Shown here in pieces: positions 1 through 10,187 of a DNA stretch of 64,000 bases. The notes under the pieces are model-generated. The model made no database searches. It had not been told where the DNA came from and saw only the letters and a list, made by a program, of their open reading frames with translations. Every line of letters starts with the position of its first letter. Within the stretch, counting starts at the first letter, position 1. The stretch covers positions 64,001 to 128,000 of the forward strand of contig JBFGLM010000002.1 of NCBI GenBank assembly GCA_041576165.1. The letters are read 5' to 3'. The position numbers and the translations under genes were made by a program. This DNA is from Acidimicrobiia bacterium. GTDB lineage: Bacteria; Actinomycetota; Acidimicrobiia; Spongiisociales; Spongiisociaceae.

Positions 1-50
1 GCGAGGACCCCCGGCCGATCCTCGACCAGCACCGACAGCGTGTGCAGCAT
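1..50 (-). CDS. ilvN: Acetolactate synthase small (regulatory) subunit, N-terminal fragment truncated by window edge
   Basis: ATG at 50-48 overlaps the ilvB TGA (TGATG). Translation [16 protein letters not shown] matches the ACT-domain start of IlvN/IlvH. Confidence 0.88.
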   Translation of the reverse strand, partial: MLHTLSVLVEDRPGVL

Positions 51-1750
51 CAGAGCTCCTCCGGTCCGGTGATTATCACGTCGTTGGATCCCCCGGCCGG
101 CACCATGGGAAACACCATCTCGTCCCGGTCCACGACGAACTCAACAATTACCGGCCGATCGTTGATCTCGAGCGAGCGCTGGATCACCCCAGGGACTTCG
201 GCGGGCGTGGTGGCTCGCAATCCGGCACAGCCCATGGACTCGGCCAGCATGACATAGTCGGGCACCCCTTCCCCGAGGTTCGAGGAGGAGAACCGCTCGT
301 TGTAGAACAGCCGCTGCCACTGGCGGACCATGCCGTGCGCAGAGTTGTTGAACACTGCGACCTTGATCGGGATGTTCTCAACAGCGGCGGTGATCAGCTC
401 CTGGACGGTCATCTGGAAGCAGCCGTCGCCGTCGATGGCGTATACGAGGCGGTCCGGGACGCCTGCCTTGGCCCCGATTGCCCCCGGTATCGCAAAGCCC
501 ATCGTTCCCAGGCCGCCCGAGTTGATCCACGTCCGGGGCTGTTCGAACTTCCAAAACAGTGAGCCCCACATCTGGTGCTGGCCGACCCCCGCGACCACCA
601 CCGCGTCGCCTCCGGTCAGGCGATTGAGCTCTTCGATGACGTACTGCGGTTTGATCGGTCCGGTGTCATCCTGCTCGTAACGCAGCGGATACTGCTCCTG
701 CCAGTCGCGGATGGTTTCCCACCATTTGGTCCGCTCCGGGGTGGCCCGGCCGCCCCAGGCTTCGACCATGGCTTTGAGGACATGTCCGGCGTCGCCCACA
801 ATCGGGACGTCGGCGCGCCGGACCTTGCCGATCTCGGCGGGGTCGATGTCGGCATGGATCACTTTGGCAAAGGGGGCGAAACTGTCGGGATCGCCGGTCA
901 CCCGATCATCAAATCGAACGCCGATTGCGATCAAGAGATCCGACTTCTGCATGGCAGTGGTGGCGGCGTACACGCCGTGCATGCCGGACATACCGAGCAC
1001 GTTTGCGTGGGAATCGGGGATGCCACCGCGCCCCATCAACGTCGTGACCACGGGCACGTTGCTGTGATCGGTGAAGCGGGTCAGTGCCTCGGTTGCACTG
1101 GCCTTGATGATGTCGCCCCCGACATACAACACGGGCCGGTCGGCGTGCTCGATCATGTCCACTGCCTCCGCAATACGACGGGGGTGCGGGTCGAGCGTCG
1201 GCTTGTACCCCGGTAGCGAGATGGGATCGGGATCACGCCACACGGTCTGGGCGGTCTGGATGTTCTTCGGAATATCGATCAACACCGGTCCCGGCCGGCC
1301 GGTCGCGGCGATATGAAACGCCTCGTGCACGACCTGGGGGATATCGTCTGCGTCGGTGACGAAGTAGTTGTGTTTGGTGGCCGGCATCGTGATGCCGGTG
1401 GTGTAGGCCTCCTGGAAGGCGTCGTTGCCCACCGCGAACGTGGGCACCTGACCGGTGATCGCGACTACCGGCACAGAATCCATGAGGGCATCGGCCAAGG
1501 GCGTCACCAGGTTGGTCGCACCGGGGCCGGACGTAGCAATACACACGCCCACCCGGCCGGTTGCCCATGCGTAGCCCTGTGCCATATGACCTGCCCCCTG
1601 CTCGTGGCGAGCCAGAACGTGGCGGAAACGGGCGTCGAGCAGCGGGTCATAGGTGGGGAGGATGGCGCCACCGGGCACACCGAACACGACATCGACGCCC
1701 TCGTATTCGAGTGCCTTGATGATCGACTGGGCCCCGGTTATGGCGGTCAT
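50..1750 (-). CDS. ilvB: Biosynthetic acetolactate synthase large subunit
   Basis: [30 protein letters not shown]-binding GDGCFQM...NN motif; followed by ilvN. Confidence 0.97.
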   Translation of the reverse strand: MTAITGAQSIIKALEYEGVDVVFGVPGGAILPTYDPLLDARFRHVLARHEQGAGHMAQGYAWATGRVGVCIATSGPGATNLVTPLADALMDSVPVVAITGQVPTFAVGNDAFQEAYTTGITMPATKHNYFVTDADDIPQVVHEAFHIAATGRPGPVLIDIPKNIQTAQTVWRDPDPISLPGYKPTLDPHPRRIAEAVDMIEHADRPVLYVGGDIIKASATEALTRFTDHSNVPVVTTLMGRGGIPDSHANVLGMSGMHGVYAATTAMQKSDLLIAIGVRFDDRVTGDPDSFAPFAKVIHADIDPAEIGKVRRADVPIVGDAGHVLKAMVEAWGGRATPERTKWWETIRDWQEQYPLRYEQDDTGPIKPQYVIEELNRLTGGDAVVVAGVGQHQMWGSLFWKFEQPRTWINSGGLGTMGFAIPGAIGAKAGVPDRLVYAIDGDGCFQMTVQELITAAVENIPIKVAVFNNSAHGMVRQWQRLFYNERFSSSNLGEGVPDYVMLAESMGCAGLRATTPAEVPGVIQRSLEINDRPVIVEFVVDRDEMVFPMVPAGGSNDVIITGPEEL

Positions 1751-1814
1751 TGCGGTCCTCTCGCGTCGTTGTGATTGCTCGTGGCTGGGTGGCCGGGTGG
1801 CGTCCGCGGGTACG

Positions 1815-1836
1815 AAAAAACCCTCCTTCCGGAGGG
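1815..1836 (-). terminator. Intrinsic terminator of the ilvB attenuator
   Basis: Minus strand CCCTCC-GGAA-GGAGGG followed by TTTTTT, lying between the leader peptide and ilvB. Confidence 0.85.
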
Positions 1837-1871
1837 CAGCTCAGCGCACACGTCGGGATGTGACGTATGCG

Positions 1872-1910
1872 CTATTCAATAAGGAGTACGGGCCGGTTGG
1901 AGGTCGCCAC
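1872..1910 (-). CDS. ilvB attenuator leader peptide (MATSNRPVLLIE)
   Basis: 12-codon ORF, GTG...TAG, with a Val-Leu-Leu-Ile run; followed by an 11-bp hairpin (1844-1872) and a U-tailed terminator. Confidence 0.8.
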   Translation of the reverse strand: MATSNRPVLLIE

Positions 1911-1917
1911 GAAGAGA

Positions 1918-1945
1918 ATATTACGGTCTTCCCATCGAGTGTCAA
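1918..1945 (-). promoter_or_regulatory. Housekeeping sigma promoter for the ilvB leader
   Basis: TTGACA (1945-1940), 16 nt, TAATAT (1923-1918), 7 nt, then the leader GTG. Confidence 0.75.
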
Positions 1946-2033
1946 TCCGGCCCGCTGCTTGATCTCAACCGGACCGGTATTCCCCCCTTGATGACCGACG
2001 CGGGCAGCCCGGAAAATCTGCGACGATGACTGC

Positions 2034-3248
2034 ATGCGGTACCCACCCGAGCTTTTTTCCCCACTCATCCAACATGCCCGGGACCGGCTCCGGCAGTTGG
2101 AGGATGACGAGGTGCCCGCGGCGCTACGCCGGGTTGCCGGTTACAGCGGTCCGAAGCTCCCGCCGCCGCTGGCACAGAGGTTGCTGGGCGAGATCGACAG
2201 CAACGACTGGGTACGGGAATTCATGGCCGAAGGCTGGGATCCGGCGGGCGCCGATGCCGAGGCGTCCACGTTGTTCCTCCTACGCCCCGATGGGTGGGAG
2301 GTATCTCTGGAGGCAAGGGCCGCGGCCATCGAACAAACTCGGACGGCTGACCGGGTGGCGGCGCTAGAGCGGGAGCTGGCCGAGATGCGGGAGGAGAACG
2401 AGCGCAACCGACGACGCGCCCGGCAGGTGCAGCGCGAGGCCGAGCTGGCAATTGCAGAAGCTGACCGCCGGGTCACTGCGGCCAGGTCGGCCTCGGTCGG
2501 TCAGCGGCACGAGGAGCAAGAGGAGATCACTGCCCTTGCCCGCGAGGTGGCGGCACTGCGCCGAGCGCTCGACGAAGCAGCTCACGATGTAGAGGCCAGT
2601 CGCGAACGAGTGCGGGCCCTTCGCTCCGAGCTCCTGCGGGCCAAACGGGCCGCCCGGCCCGCCCCCACTCCCACCGGGCCCAGGGTGTGGGCCGCCGCCG
2701 ATCCGCTGGCCCGGGCGCGCATCCTGGACGAGGTACGCGCTGCCTACGCCCCGGCGTCGGAGTTCGCAGAGGTCCAACTGCCGCTGGACTCTGGACCACT
2801 TCAGCTACCAGCCGGAATCAGTCCCGACCGGGCTGGGGCGGTTGGGTGGCTGCTCGAGAGCCGCCGGGCCCTGGTTTGGATCGTCGACGGTTACAACGTG
2901 ACCCACCAGTTGTCGCCCGAGCTGGCCACCGACGCCCGCACCCGCGAGCGACTGAATCGCGACCTGGGCCGGCTCCGGGGCCTGGCGATCGCCACCCCTC
3001 GCGTGGTTGTCGTCTACGACAGTTCGCTGGCGGGCACCACCACCGCGGCGGCCGGACCCGGCGGTATCGAGGTGCGGTTCACAGCGCATGGTCACAGCGC
3101 CGACGATGAGATTCTCGAGATGGCAGCCGAGCTGGACGGAGCGGCCGTCGTGATCAGCAGCGATCGCCAGGTCCGGGAAAGTGCCCAGCGGTTGGGGGCA
3201 CTCGGCATCTGGACCGAGGCGCTGGTGGACTGGATCCGCACCAGCTGA
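2034..3248 (+). CDS. NYN (YacP-like PIN) domain protein with central coiled coil
   Basis: C-terminal IVDGYNV, VVVVYD, SADDEI, VISSDRQV motifs; E/R/A-rich coiled coil. Confidence 0.88.
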   Translation: MRYPPELFSPLIQHARDRLRQLEDDEVPAALRRVAGYSGPKLPPPLAQRLLGEIDSNDWVREFMAEGWDPAGADAEASTLFLLRPDGWEVSLEARAAAIEQTRTADRVAALERELAEMREENERNRRRARQVQREAELAIAEADRRVTAARSASVGQRHEEQEEITALAREVAALRRALDEAAHDVEASRERVRALRSELLRAKRAARPAPTPTGPRVWAAADPLARARILDEVRAAYAPASEFAEVQLPLDSGPLQLPAGISPDRAGAVGWLLESRRALVWIVDGYNVTHQLSPELATDARTRERLNRDLGRLRGLAIATPRVVVVYDSSLAGTTTAAAGPGGIEVRFTAHGHSADDEILEMAAELDGAAVVISSDRQVRESAQRLGALGIWTEALVDWIRTS

Positions 3249-3303
3249 GTCCCTCTCCGTCCGCCCGGTCACTGCTCCGGTCGCCGCGCCCCCATCGGGG
3301 AAA

Positions 3304-3325
3304 TGTCACACCCGGTTTCTACGGT
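3304..3325 (+). promoter_or_regulatory. PafBC-type (RecA-NDp) DNA-damage promoter motif
   Basis: TGTCAC-N10-TACGGT matches the TGTCRG-N10-TAnnnT geometry with one mismatch in the upstream hexamer. Confidence 0.55.
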
Positions 3326-3375
3326 GCACCAAGAACAAGAAAGGGCCGATCGAAGCGACCGGGAGGACATGGGCG

Positions 3376-3582
3376 ATGTTGATCGACTGCAACGAATGCG
3401 CGATGCAGGACACCAGCGCCTGCGATGACTGCGTGGTTGGTGTCCTCTTGCGCGATTCGGATGGGCCGGTCGTGCTGGACGAAGCAGAGGCGGAGGCTCT
3501 CGATCATCTGGCTCAGGCCGGGCTAGTTCCCCGCTTGCGCCTGGTTCCTCGCCACCCCGGCCCGTCGGCCGCGGCGTCCTGA
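3376..3582 (+). CDS. Small conserved actinobacterial Cys-rich protein (CxxC...CxxC)
   Basis: GGAGG at 3362, ATG 3376; MLIDCNECAMQDTSACDDCVVGVLL...LVPRLRLVP. Confidence 0.75.
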   Translation: MLIDCNECAMQDTSACDDCVVGVLLRDSDGPVVLDEAEAEALDHLAQAGLVPRLRLVPRHPGPSAAAS

Positions 3583-3593
3583 CCTAGAGAGAT

Positions 3594-4307
3594 TTAGGGC
3601 AGCTCGGGCACTGCCGGTCGAGCCGGCGGCAGCACCACGACCTGTTCGTAGCCCAGGCCCTGGAGCAGCTGGGTCAATAGTTGGGCGGCGCCCGCCTCAG
3701 CGTCCTCCAGGATGCCCTCATCTAGCGCCTTCCGCAGCAACGCGTCTTCGGCAGCTTGACGCGCTTGCGTTTCGAGTTGGGGATCACCCTGGGTGAAGAG
3801 ACCGGTCTTGCGGTCATACACACGAGTGGCCTCGTTGTCGAGAGACGCGTAATGGACTTCGGCGGGCGGCAACTGGAAAGTGACGATGCCGCGTTCGGTG
3901 TCGACAGTGAAGGACTGCTCGGTCAGCTCCGATAGGTCGACGCCTGCTCCGATCTCAGCCACGGCCAGCATCTCGATCGAGTCTCCCCGGGCCCAATCGA
4001 GCCACGACGCATCCGTTCCTTTGGATATCGTCGTGTACTCCACGTACTCGACCGTGGTCAGCTCGGCGAGAGCGTGGATCGACTGGACCACGGCCGGGCT
4101 GATCTCTTCGTAAGGCTGCTTCTCGACCACTGCCTCGACCACCTCGGCCGGGGAGGGGAGGTTCGGCAAGCCGGGCATCTCGGGCAGTCGCTCGGCGACT
4201 TCCGATCCGGCGCGGCTGAGGCCGATGGCCAGACCCACCGCCACGATTGCCGCCACCAGCACCGCCGAAATCAGGGTCGTCAGGCGCTTGGTCAACAGAT
4301 CCATCAT
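3594..4307 (-). CDS. DUF4230-like membrane-anchored protein
   Basis: N-terminal TM; ELTTVEY, GAGVDLS, LPPAEV, GILEDAE...LLQGLGYEQV pattern. Confidence 0.8.
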   Translation of the reverse strand: MMDLLTKRLTTLISAVLVAAIVAVGLAIGLSRAGSEVAERLPEMPGLPNLPSPAEVVEAVVEKQPYEEISPAVVQSIHALAELTTVEYVEYTTISKGTDASWLDWARGDSIEMLAVAEIGAGVDLSELTEQSFTVDTERGIVTFQLPPAEVHYASLDNEATRVYDRKTGLFTQGDPQLETQARQAAEDALLRKALDEGILEDAEAGAAQLLTQLLQGLGYEQVVVLPPARPAVPELP

Positions 4308-4555
4308 GTCGAGATTCCTTGGATGTTCTCGTGACTCTGACGCAAAAGGTGTATCCCAGTTCTTGGTAAATCGACCCTCCTACCGCCACTATGCCTCGGC
4401 TCGCCCGGCTCCCGCCAGCACAGTCGAGGCCCGACGCTGCGGTTCCCAGTACTGTAGTTGGCATCGAGATTTGGGGTGCACAAGGTGGCGTGGCGCCCCG
4501 ATCGCCGCCTTCGTCCCACCCACCGTTGCTCGGTCGAAAGCTGGTCGACGCGCGG

Positions 4556-5109
4556 TCACTGGCTCGCGGGCTCGTTGAGTAGGACGAGCTGCCACTCCTC
4601 GCCGTTTTCCCACCAGGTCACGATCAGCAGGGGCGGCGTGAGCGGATCGATATGACTGGGTGTGAGCGCGATATCCGCTTCCACTGCGCAGTCATCTCGC
4701 AACGCCTTGCGCCAGCCGTTCTCGAGCCGGGTGTAGGCGCTCCGGTTGAAGTTGGCGTTTTGGGGGAAGAGCTTGGGTCCTGAAGCAAACCCGCCAAGCG
4801 AGACAGGATATGGCCGCCCTCATAGTGGGCTGCTGCGGCCAACCGTCCCGCGGCGCGGCCGGCGGCTGGGTGCCGTTGCGCCCCGGGTTGGAGGCGCAAG
4901 CCACCTCGGACCCGGGCCGGCAGGCAATTCTCGTCGGTCAGGTACTCGAATCCGTGGCTGACATACGACGGGCGAGGCTTCAGATCTCGAGGGGCGACGG
5001 GGGCGTCGTTACGGAGAATGATGCGCGGCTGGATCCCGATGGGATTCGTCAGCTCGCCGTCGGATCCGATCTCGGGCCGGATGGGCTCGAGGTGGAGAGG
5101 ATCGATCAC
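4556..5109 (-). pseudogene. Frameshifted DNA/RNA non-specific endonuclease (Endonuclea_NS_2 / toxin-like)
   Basis: One frame reads LKPRPSYVSHGFEYLTDE...YEGGHILS. After a shift at ~4800 another frame reads LGGFASGPKLFPQNANFNRSAYTRLENGWRKAL...LLNEPASQ*. Confidence 0.72.
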
Positions 5110-5158
5110 CGGTTGCGCCCCCGTGCCGTCGGCGACAAGAGCCGGTACCTTACCTGGG

Positions 5159-6193
5159 ATGGAGATCTGGGAACGTCTCCGGGCTGCGGCAGAAGAGGCC
5201 GGGTTGGCGGGCCTGGGCGTGACCACCGCCGCGCCGTTCGACGACGCCCGGCAAACGATCATCGACCGCCGGACCGCAGGGCTCAACGGCCGGTTGCAGT
5301 TCACGTCCGCTGACCCGGCCACGGCCACTGATATCCGCGCGTCGTTTCCGTGGGCCCGGTCACTGGTCGTCGGCTCCTACCCATACCTCCCGGATGGTGG
5401 CCGGCCCGGCCACCATCCCGGTAGCGGCCGGATCGCCCGGTTCGCGGTCGACCAGCCCTACGACGCCCTGCGGCGGGCGCTGGGCGCGGTGGCCGCCGTT
5501 TTCGCCGCCGACGGTCACAGGGCCGAGGTGATCGCCGACGACAACCGCCTGGTCGATCGGGCCGCGGCAGTGCGGGCGGGGATCGGCTGGTGGGGCAAGA
5601 ACACCATGGTGCTCGATCCCAAACACGGGCCGTGGCTGCTACTCGGATGCGTGGTAGCTGATCTGGATCTCGAACCTACCCCTCCCATGGTGCGGGACTG
5701 CGGGACGTGTGCCGCCTGCCTGCCGGCGTGCCCCACCGGCGCACTCGTTGCACCCGGCGTGCTGGATTCTCGCAAATGCCTGGCGCACTGGGCGCAGGCG
5801 CCGGGGGACATCCCCGAGGAGCTGCGGGCTCCGATGGGCGATCGGCTTTACGGCTGTGATGACTGCCTGGAAGCCTGCCCTCCGGGCCACCGACTGCTGA
5901 ACGCGGCGGTCGAAACGAAGGGCCGGGTCGATCTCGCCGAGGTGCTCGCAACTCCCGACCGGGCGCTGCTCGTCCGGTTCGGTCACATGTACATTCCCAA
6001 GCGCAACCCGGACTATCTGCGCCGCAACGCGCTGGTGGTGCTCGGTAACACCGGCTCGGAGGAGGATCTGGCGCTGTTGGCCGGATTCCTGGCTCATCCA
6101 AACGCCATGTTGCGCCGCCACGCGCAATGGGCGATCTCTCGGATTGGGGGGGAAGCGGCAATGGCGATCCTCTCCGGCTCATCCGGTTCCTGA
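5159..6193 (+). CDS. queG: Epoxyqueuosine reductase
   Basis: [37 protein letters not shown] Fe-S motifs, [10 protein letters not shown]. Start refined to ATG 5159. Confidence 0.93.
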   Translation: MEIWERLRAAAEEAGLAGLGVTTAAPFDDARQTIIDRRTAGLNGRLQFTSADPATATDIRASFPWARSLVVGSYPYLPDGGRPGHHPGSGRIARFAVDQPYDALRRALGAVAAVFAADGHRAEVIADDNRLVDRAAAVRAGIGWWGKNTMVLDPKHGPWLLLGCVVADLDLEPTPPMVRDCGTCAACLPACPTGALVAPGVLDSRKCLAHWAQAPGDIPEELRAPMGDRLYGCDDCLEACPPGHRLLNAAVETKGRVDLAEVLATPDRALLVRFGHMYIPKRNPDYLRRNALVVLGNTGSEEDLALLAGFLAHPNAMLRRHAQWAISRIGGEAAMAILSGSSGS

Positions 6194-6239
6194 CGTCGTC
6201 TGCCCAGCTCCTCCGAATTCGGCCACCTATCATCTCCCG

Positions 6240-7919
6240 ATGGCCGAGCTCAACCGAACCAGTCGCCGCATAACCCAACCTCCGTCACAAGGCGCATCGC
6301 AGGCGATGCTCTATGGAACGGGATTGACGCCCGACGACATGTCTAAGGCCCAGGTAGGCATCGCCAGCATGTGGTTCGAGGGCAACCCCTGCAACATGCA
6401 CCTCCTCGACCTGGCTACCAAGGTCAAGGAGGGTGTTGAGGCCGCCGGGTTGATCGGCATGCGGTTCAACACCATCGGAGTCTCCGACGGCATCTCCATG
6501 GGGACACCCGGGATGAGCTATTCGCTCCAGTCGCGTGACTTGATCGCCGACTCGATCGAGACCGTCATGCGTGCGCAGTGGTACGACGCCAACGTGTCAC
6601 TTCCCGGCTGTGACAAAAACATGCCCGGCAGCGTTATGGCGATGGCCCGTCTCAACCTGCCGTCGATCATGGTGTACGGCGGCACGATTCGCCCCGGCGT
6701 CAGTCCAACTGGCGATGCGATCGACGTCGTGTCGGCGTTCCAGTCGTACGGAGAGTTCATCGCGGACCGCATCGACGACGATCGCCGGCAGGGCATCATC
6801 CGTAACGCCTGTCCCGGCGCTGGTGCATGTGGCGGTATGTACACGGCCAACACGATGGCCTCCGCGATCGAGGCGATGGGCATGACATTGCCGTACAGCT
6901 CCTCCAACCCGGCCACATCCCAGGAGAAAGCCGACGAATGTCTGGCGGTCGGAGCCGCCATCCGCCACTTGCTGGAGGAGGACATAAAGCCCCGCCACAT
7001 CATGACTCGCGCTGCATTCGACAATGCGATCGTGCTGACGATGGCCCTGGGGGGCTCCACCAACGCAGTCCTTCATCTCACTGCGATGGCGCGTGCGGCG
7101 AACGTTGAGCTGACGATCGACGATTTTCAAACGGTCAGCGATCGGATCCCGTACCTGGCCGACCTCAAGCCGAGCGGCAGATACGTGATGGAGGACGTAC
7201 ATGCCGTGGGCGGGATCCCCGCAGTGCTCAAGTTGCTGCTGGCGGAAGGAGTGCTGCATGGTGATGCGTTGACGGTGACTGGGCGGACCTTGGCGGAGAA
7301 CCTGGCAGGACTCCCCGAGCTGACGCCCGGCCAGACCGTGGTCCAGCCGTGGTCGGCCCCGATCAAAGAAAGCGGCCATCTGCAGATCTTGCGTGGCAAT
7401 GTGGCGCCCGACGGGGCCGTGGCCAAGATCACCGGCAAAGAGGGCCTCCGTTTCGCCGGCACGGCCAAGGTTTTCGACGGGGAGGAGGACATGCTGCACG
7501 CGCTCGAGCGGCACGAGATCGGCCCGGGTGATGTGGTCGTCATCCGCTACGTCGGACCCAAAGGCGGGCCGGGGATGCCGGAGATGTTGACACCGACCTC
7601 GGCGCTGATTGGCGCCGGATTGGGCGGCGAGGTGGCCCTGTTGACTGATGGGCGGTTTTCGGGCGGCTCGCACGGCTTCATCATCGGGCACGTCACGCCA
7701 GAAGCACAGGCGGGCGGCCCGATCGCGCTGCTGCAGAATGGCGACCGCATCGAAATCGACGCGGTGGCGCGCACCATCCAGGCCGGCGTGTCCGACGCCG
7801 AAATGGCGGCGAGGCGGGACGTGTGGCGTCCGCCGCCGCTCAAAGCCACCCGCGGCACGCTGCACAAGTACATCAAGACTGTGAGCCCTGCATCCGAAGG
7901 ATGTGTTACCGACGAGTAG
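6240..7919 (+). CDS. ilvD: Dihydroxy-acid dehydratase
   Basis: [45 protein letters not shown]. Confidence 0.97.
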   Translation: MAELNRTSRRITQPPSQGASQAMLYGTGLTPDDMSKAQVGIASMWFEGNPCNMHLLDLATKVKEGVEAAGLIGMRFNTIGVSDGISMGTPGMSYSLQSRDLIADSIETVMRAQWYDANVSLPGCDKNMPGSVMAMARLNLPSIMVYGGTIRPGVSPTGDAIDVVSAFQSYGEFIADRIDDDRRQGIIRNACPGAGACGGMYTANTMASAIEAMGMTLPYSSSNPATSQEKADECLAVGAAIRHLLEEDIKPRHIMTRAAFDNAIVLTMALGGSTNAVLHLTAMARAANVELTIDDFQTVSDRIPYLADLKPSGRYVMEDVHAVGGIPAVLKLLLAEGVLHGDALTVTGRTLAENLAGLPELTPGQTVVQPWSAPIKESGHLQILRGNVAPDGAVAKITGKEGLRFAGTAKVFDGEEDMLHALERHEIGPGDVVVIRYVGPKGGPGMPEMLTPTSALIGAGLGGEVALLTDGRFSGGSHGFIIGHVTPEAQAGGPIALLQNGDRIEIDAVARTIQAGVSDAEMAARRDVWRPPPLKATRGTLHKYIKTVSPASEGCVTDE

Positions 7920-7968
7920 GCGGTGCCCGGGCGGTAGAAACGTCGGAAGTGGACCGTTCCGGCGCCTG

Positions 7969-8634
7969 GTGAGGACCTTGTCAGACGTCACGACATGTCA
8001 CGCATGCGGAGCCAGCAATCCTGCTGGAGCGGACTGGTGCACTCTGTGCTTCGCCAGATTCGACGAGCCTGCGCCTGAGCCCGAGCCCGTGGTCCGTCCG
8101 GCCGCCGCGGAGCCCGCTGTAGACCAGTTCGAGCCCTCCGCGCCCGGAGAGCAACTGTCGTTGATCGCAGACGACCGCAAGACTTGGCGGTGCAGATACT
8201 GCGAGGCCAGGGTCGCCCTGGAAGAATCTGCTTGCCCGCGGTGCCAACAGTCGATCTACGACAGTTTCGGCCACAAGGACGACCCAGGGCCCGATGTCGC
8301 CGAGAGCGTTGCGCTGCGGTGGGCGCTCCTACCGGGAGCGGGACACCTGCGGCTCGGGCATGGCGTGCTGGGGGTGGCGGTTGGCTTTTCGGTGCTGCTC
8401 AGCGCGATATTCGGGGTGGTCATGCTCAAGGCCGGCCGGGCAACCCACGGCTCGCTTTTGATCCTCATCATGATCGGAACCTGGCTAGCGTCGATCCACG
8501 ATGCGCTCCGATTCGCGAAACATCAGCCGGACGAGACCTTGCTGCGACCGAGGGTCCTGTCCGTGGTCGCCGGCGTCGTTTTCATGATCATCGTTGGCGC
8601 GTCGGTATCGGCGCAGTCGGCAATCAATCAGTGA
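7969..8634 (+). CDS. Double zinc-ribbon membrane protein (start uncertain)
   Basis: CHAC/CTLC and CRYC/CPRC pairs followed by about three TM helices. Confidence 0.7.
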   Translation: MRTLSDVTTCHACGASNPAGADWCTLCFARFDEPAPEPEPVVRPAAAEPAVDQFEPSAPGEQLSLIADDRKTWRCRYCEARVALEESACPRCQQSIYDSFGHKDDPGPDVAESVALRWALLPGAGHLRLGHGVLGVAVGFSVLLSAIFGVVMLKAGRATHGSLLILIMIGTWLASIHDALRFAKHQPDETLLRPRVLSVVAGVVFMIIVGASVSAQSAINQ

Positions 8635-8858
8635 GGTGGGTGTTCGCAGCCGCCCTGGCTAGCGGGTTCTCTTTGCTCCTCGCATTGCTGCTGGTCGGGT
8701 TGAATAGCCGCATGCGCATCACCGCCTCGGGTCTCATCGGGTTCGGCATCGCGGGCCTGTCGGCCGCGTATGCAGGCTGGCCAGTAGCGGTGGCGGTCGT
8801 CGTCGCTATCGCCGCAGCGGGTTTCCTTGGGTGGTATGCGGCATCCGAGGAGCCTTGA
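8631..8858 (+). CDS. Small membrane protein
   Basis: GTGA overlap with the upstream stop; hydrophobic 75 aa; stop abuts the next start. Confidence 0.6.
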   Translation: MRWVFAAALASGFSLLLALLLVGLNSRMRITASGLIGFGIAGLSAAYAGWPVAVAVVVAIAAAGFLGWYAASEEP

Positions 8859-9617
8859 GTGCTGATCATCTCCGATGTACACGCCGCCTTCGACGAGCTG
8901 GCCGCCGTGGCAAGCTCGGGAAAGCCGCTCCTGATCCTTGGAGACTTGTTGAATTTCATCGACTACCGCACCGGTGAAGGCATGGCCCGGGAGGTCTACG
9001 GCGAGGAGTTCGTCCAGGCTGTGATCCAGAACCGGGTGGAGGGCGATTGGGCGGCCTCGCGCTCGCTGTGGGCCAAAGTGTCACAAGGTCGCGAGGAAGA
9101 GCTGCGCGCGCAGATCCGGGATGCGGCACTGCGCCAGTACGAGCAGACCACCAAGGCGCTGGTGGGCGCCGAGGCATATGTCACCTACGGCAACGTCGAC
9201 TGGCCGGAAGCGCTGCGCGAATGCCTTCCCCCAGGCTCCCGCTTCGTCGACGGCGAGGTGGTGGAGATCGAAGGCTACCGCGTTGGATTCGTCGGTGGCG
9301 GCAGCCCCACGCCGATCCACGCTCGGGGCGAGGTCAGTCACGAGGAGATGCGGGCCAAGCTGACTTCACTGGGACCGGTCGATGTACTGTGCTCCCACCT
9401 CCCCCCGGCGGTGGAGCCGCTCTACCGCGACGTTGTCACAGGACGGCTCGAGCGGTCCTCTCAGCCCATTCTGGACTACATCGAGGCCCACCAGCCCCGC
9501 TGGCACTACTTTGGTGACGTTCACCAACCCCAGGCCCAGCACTGGCGGATCGGGCAGACGGTCAGCATCAACGCCGGGTACTTTCGGGCGACCGGCCGGG
9601 CGATTGAGCACGTGTGA
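8859..9617 (+). CDS. Metallophosphoesterase
   Basis: SDVH, LGDL, GNVD, CSHLPP, GDVHQP calcineurin-like motifs. Confidence 0.88.
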   Translation: MLIISDVHAAFDELAAVASSGKPLLILGDLLNFIDYRTGEGMAREVYGEEFVQAVIQNRVEGDWAASRSLWAKVSQGREEELRAQIRDAALRQYEQTTKALVGAEAYVTYGNVDWPEALRECLPPGSRFVDGEVVEIEGYRVGFVGGGSPTPIHARGEVSHEEMRAKLTSLGPVDVLCSHLPPAVEPLYRDVVTGRLERSSQPILDYIEAHQPRWHYFGDVHQPQAQHWRIGQTVSINAGYFRATGRAIEHV

Positions 9618-9681
9618 GGCGGCCGGGCACCGAGCCCAAAACGCTACGCTGACCCTCGGCGAACACTCCAAAGGACTGGGA

Positions 9682-10119
9682 ATGGCTGAAGGCACGGTGC
9701 AGACGATCGAGATCCCGGCTTCTCCCGAGCAGATCTTCGAGGTCGCGGCCTCCGTTGCTGCGTACCCGGACTGGGCGGACGGTGTGAAAACCGTGGAGGT
9801 GCTCGAGGCGGACGAAGAAGGTCGCCCGCGGCGGGCTCAGTTCACGGTCGACGGGATGATCAAAGAGATCACTTACACGTTGGTGTACTCCTACGACGCC
9901 CCCCACCGCATCTCGTGGACAGCGGAGCCCGGCGCTGATATCCGGGAAATGGAAGGCTCCTACGAGTTCAACGAGGTGGATGACGGCACTCAGGTGGTCT
10001 ACGCGCTGCGGGCCGAGCCGGCATTCAAGATCCCTGGGTTCCTCAGGAAGCAGGTCGAGAAACAAATCGTCGGGACCGCGTTGCGGGGGCTGCGCAAGCG
10101 GGTTGAGGCGGTCGGCTAG
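9682..10119 (+). CDS. SRPBCC/START (polyketide cyclase-like) protein
   Basis: YPDWADGVKTVEVLE, MEGSYEF; usual neighbour of ArsA in actinobacteria. Confidence 0.85.
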   Translation: MAEGTVQTIEIPASPEQIFEVAASVAAYPDWADGVKTVEVLEADEEGRPRRAQFTVDGMIKEITYTLVYSYDAPHRISWTAEPGADIREMEGSYEFNEVDDGTQVVYALRAEPAFKIPGFLRKQVEKQIVGTALRGLRKRVEAVG

Positions 10120-10187
10120 CCCATGTCGTGGTCTCGTCCTGGCGCGCGTCGGCCGTGCGCTGTTTCCCGGCTGCTGGTGTGAGCTGA

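Noticed and set aside
4310-5150. Possible large ncRNA or c-di-AMP riboswitch in the long gap near the NYN gene
   Set aside because: No ydaO-type consensus seen; most of the gap is explained by the frameshifted endonuclease.
6597-7991. Long antisense or alternate-frame ORFs (also 18895-20511, 24222-26441, 56722-58248, 17801-19051)
   Set aside because: They shadow well-supported genes, have no recognisable motifs, and are expected in ~67% GC DNA.
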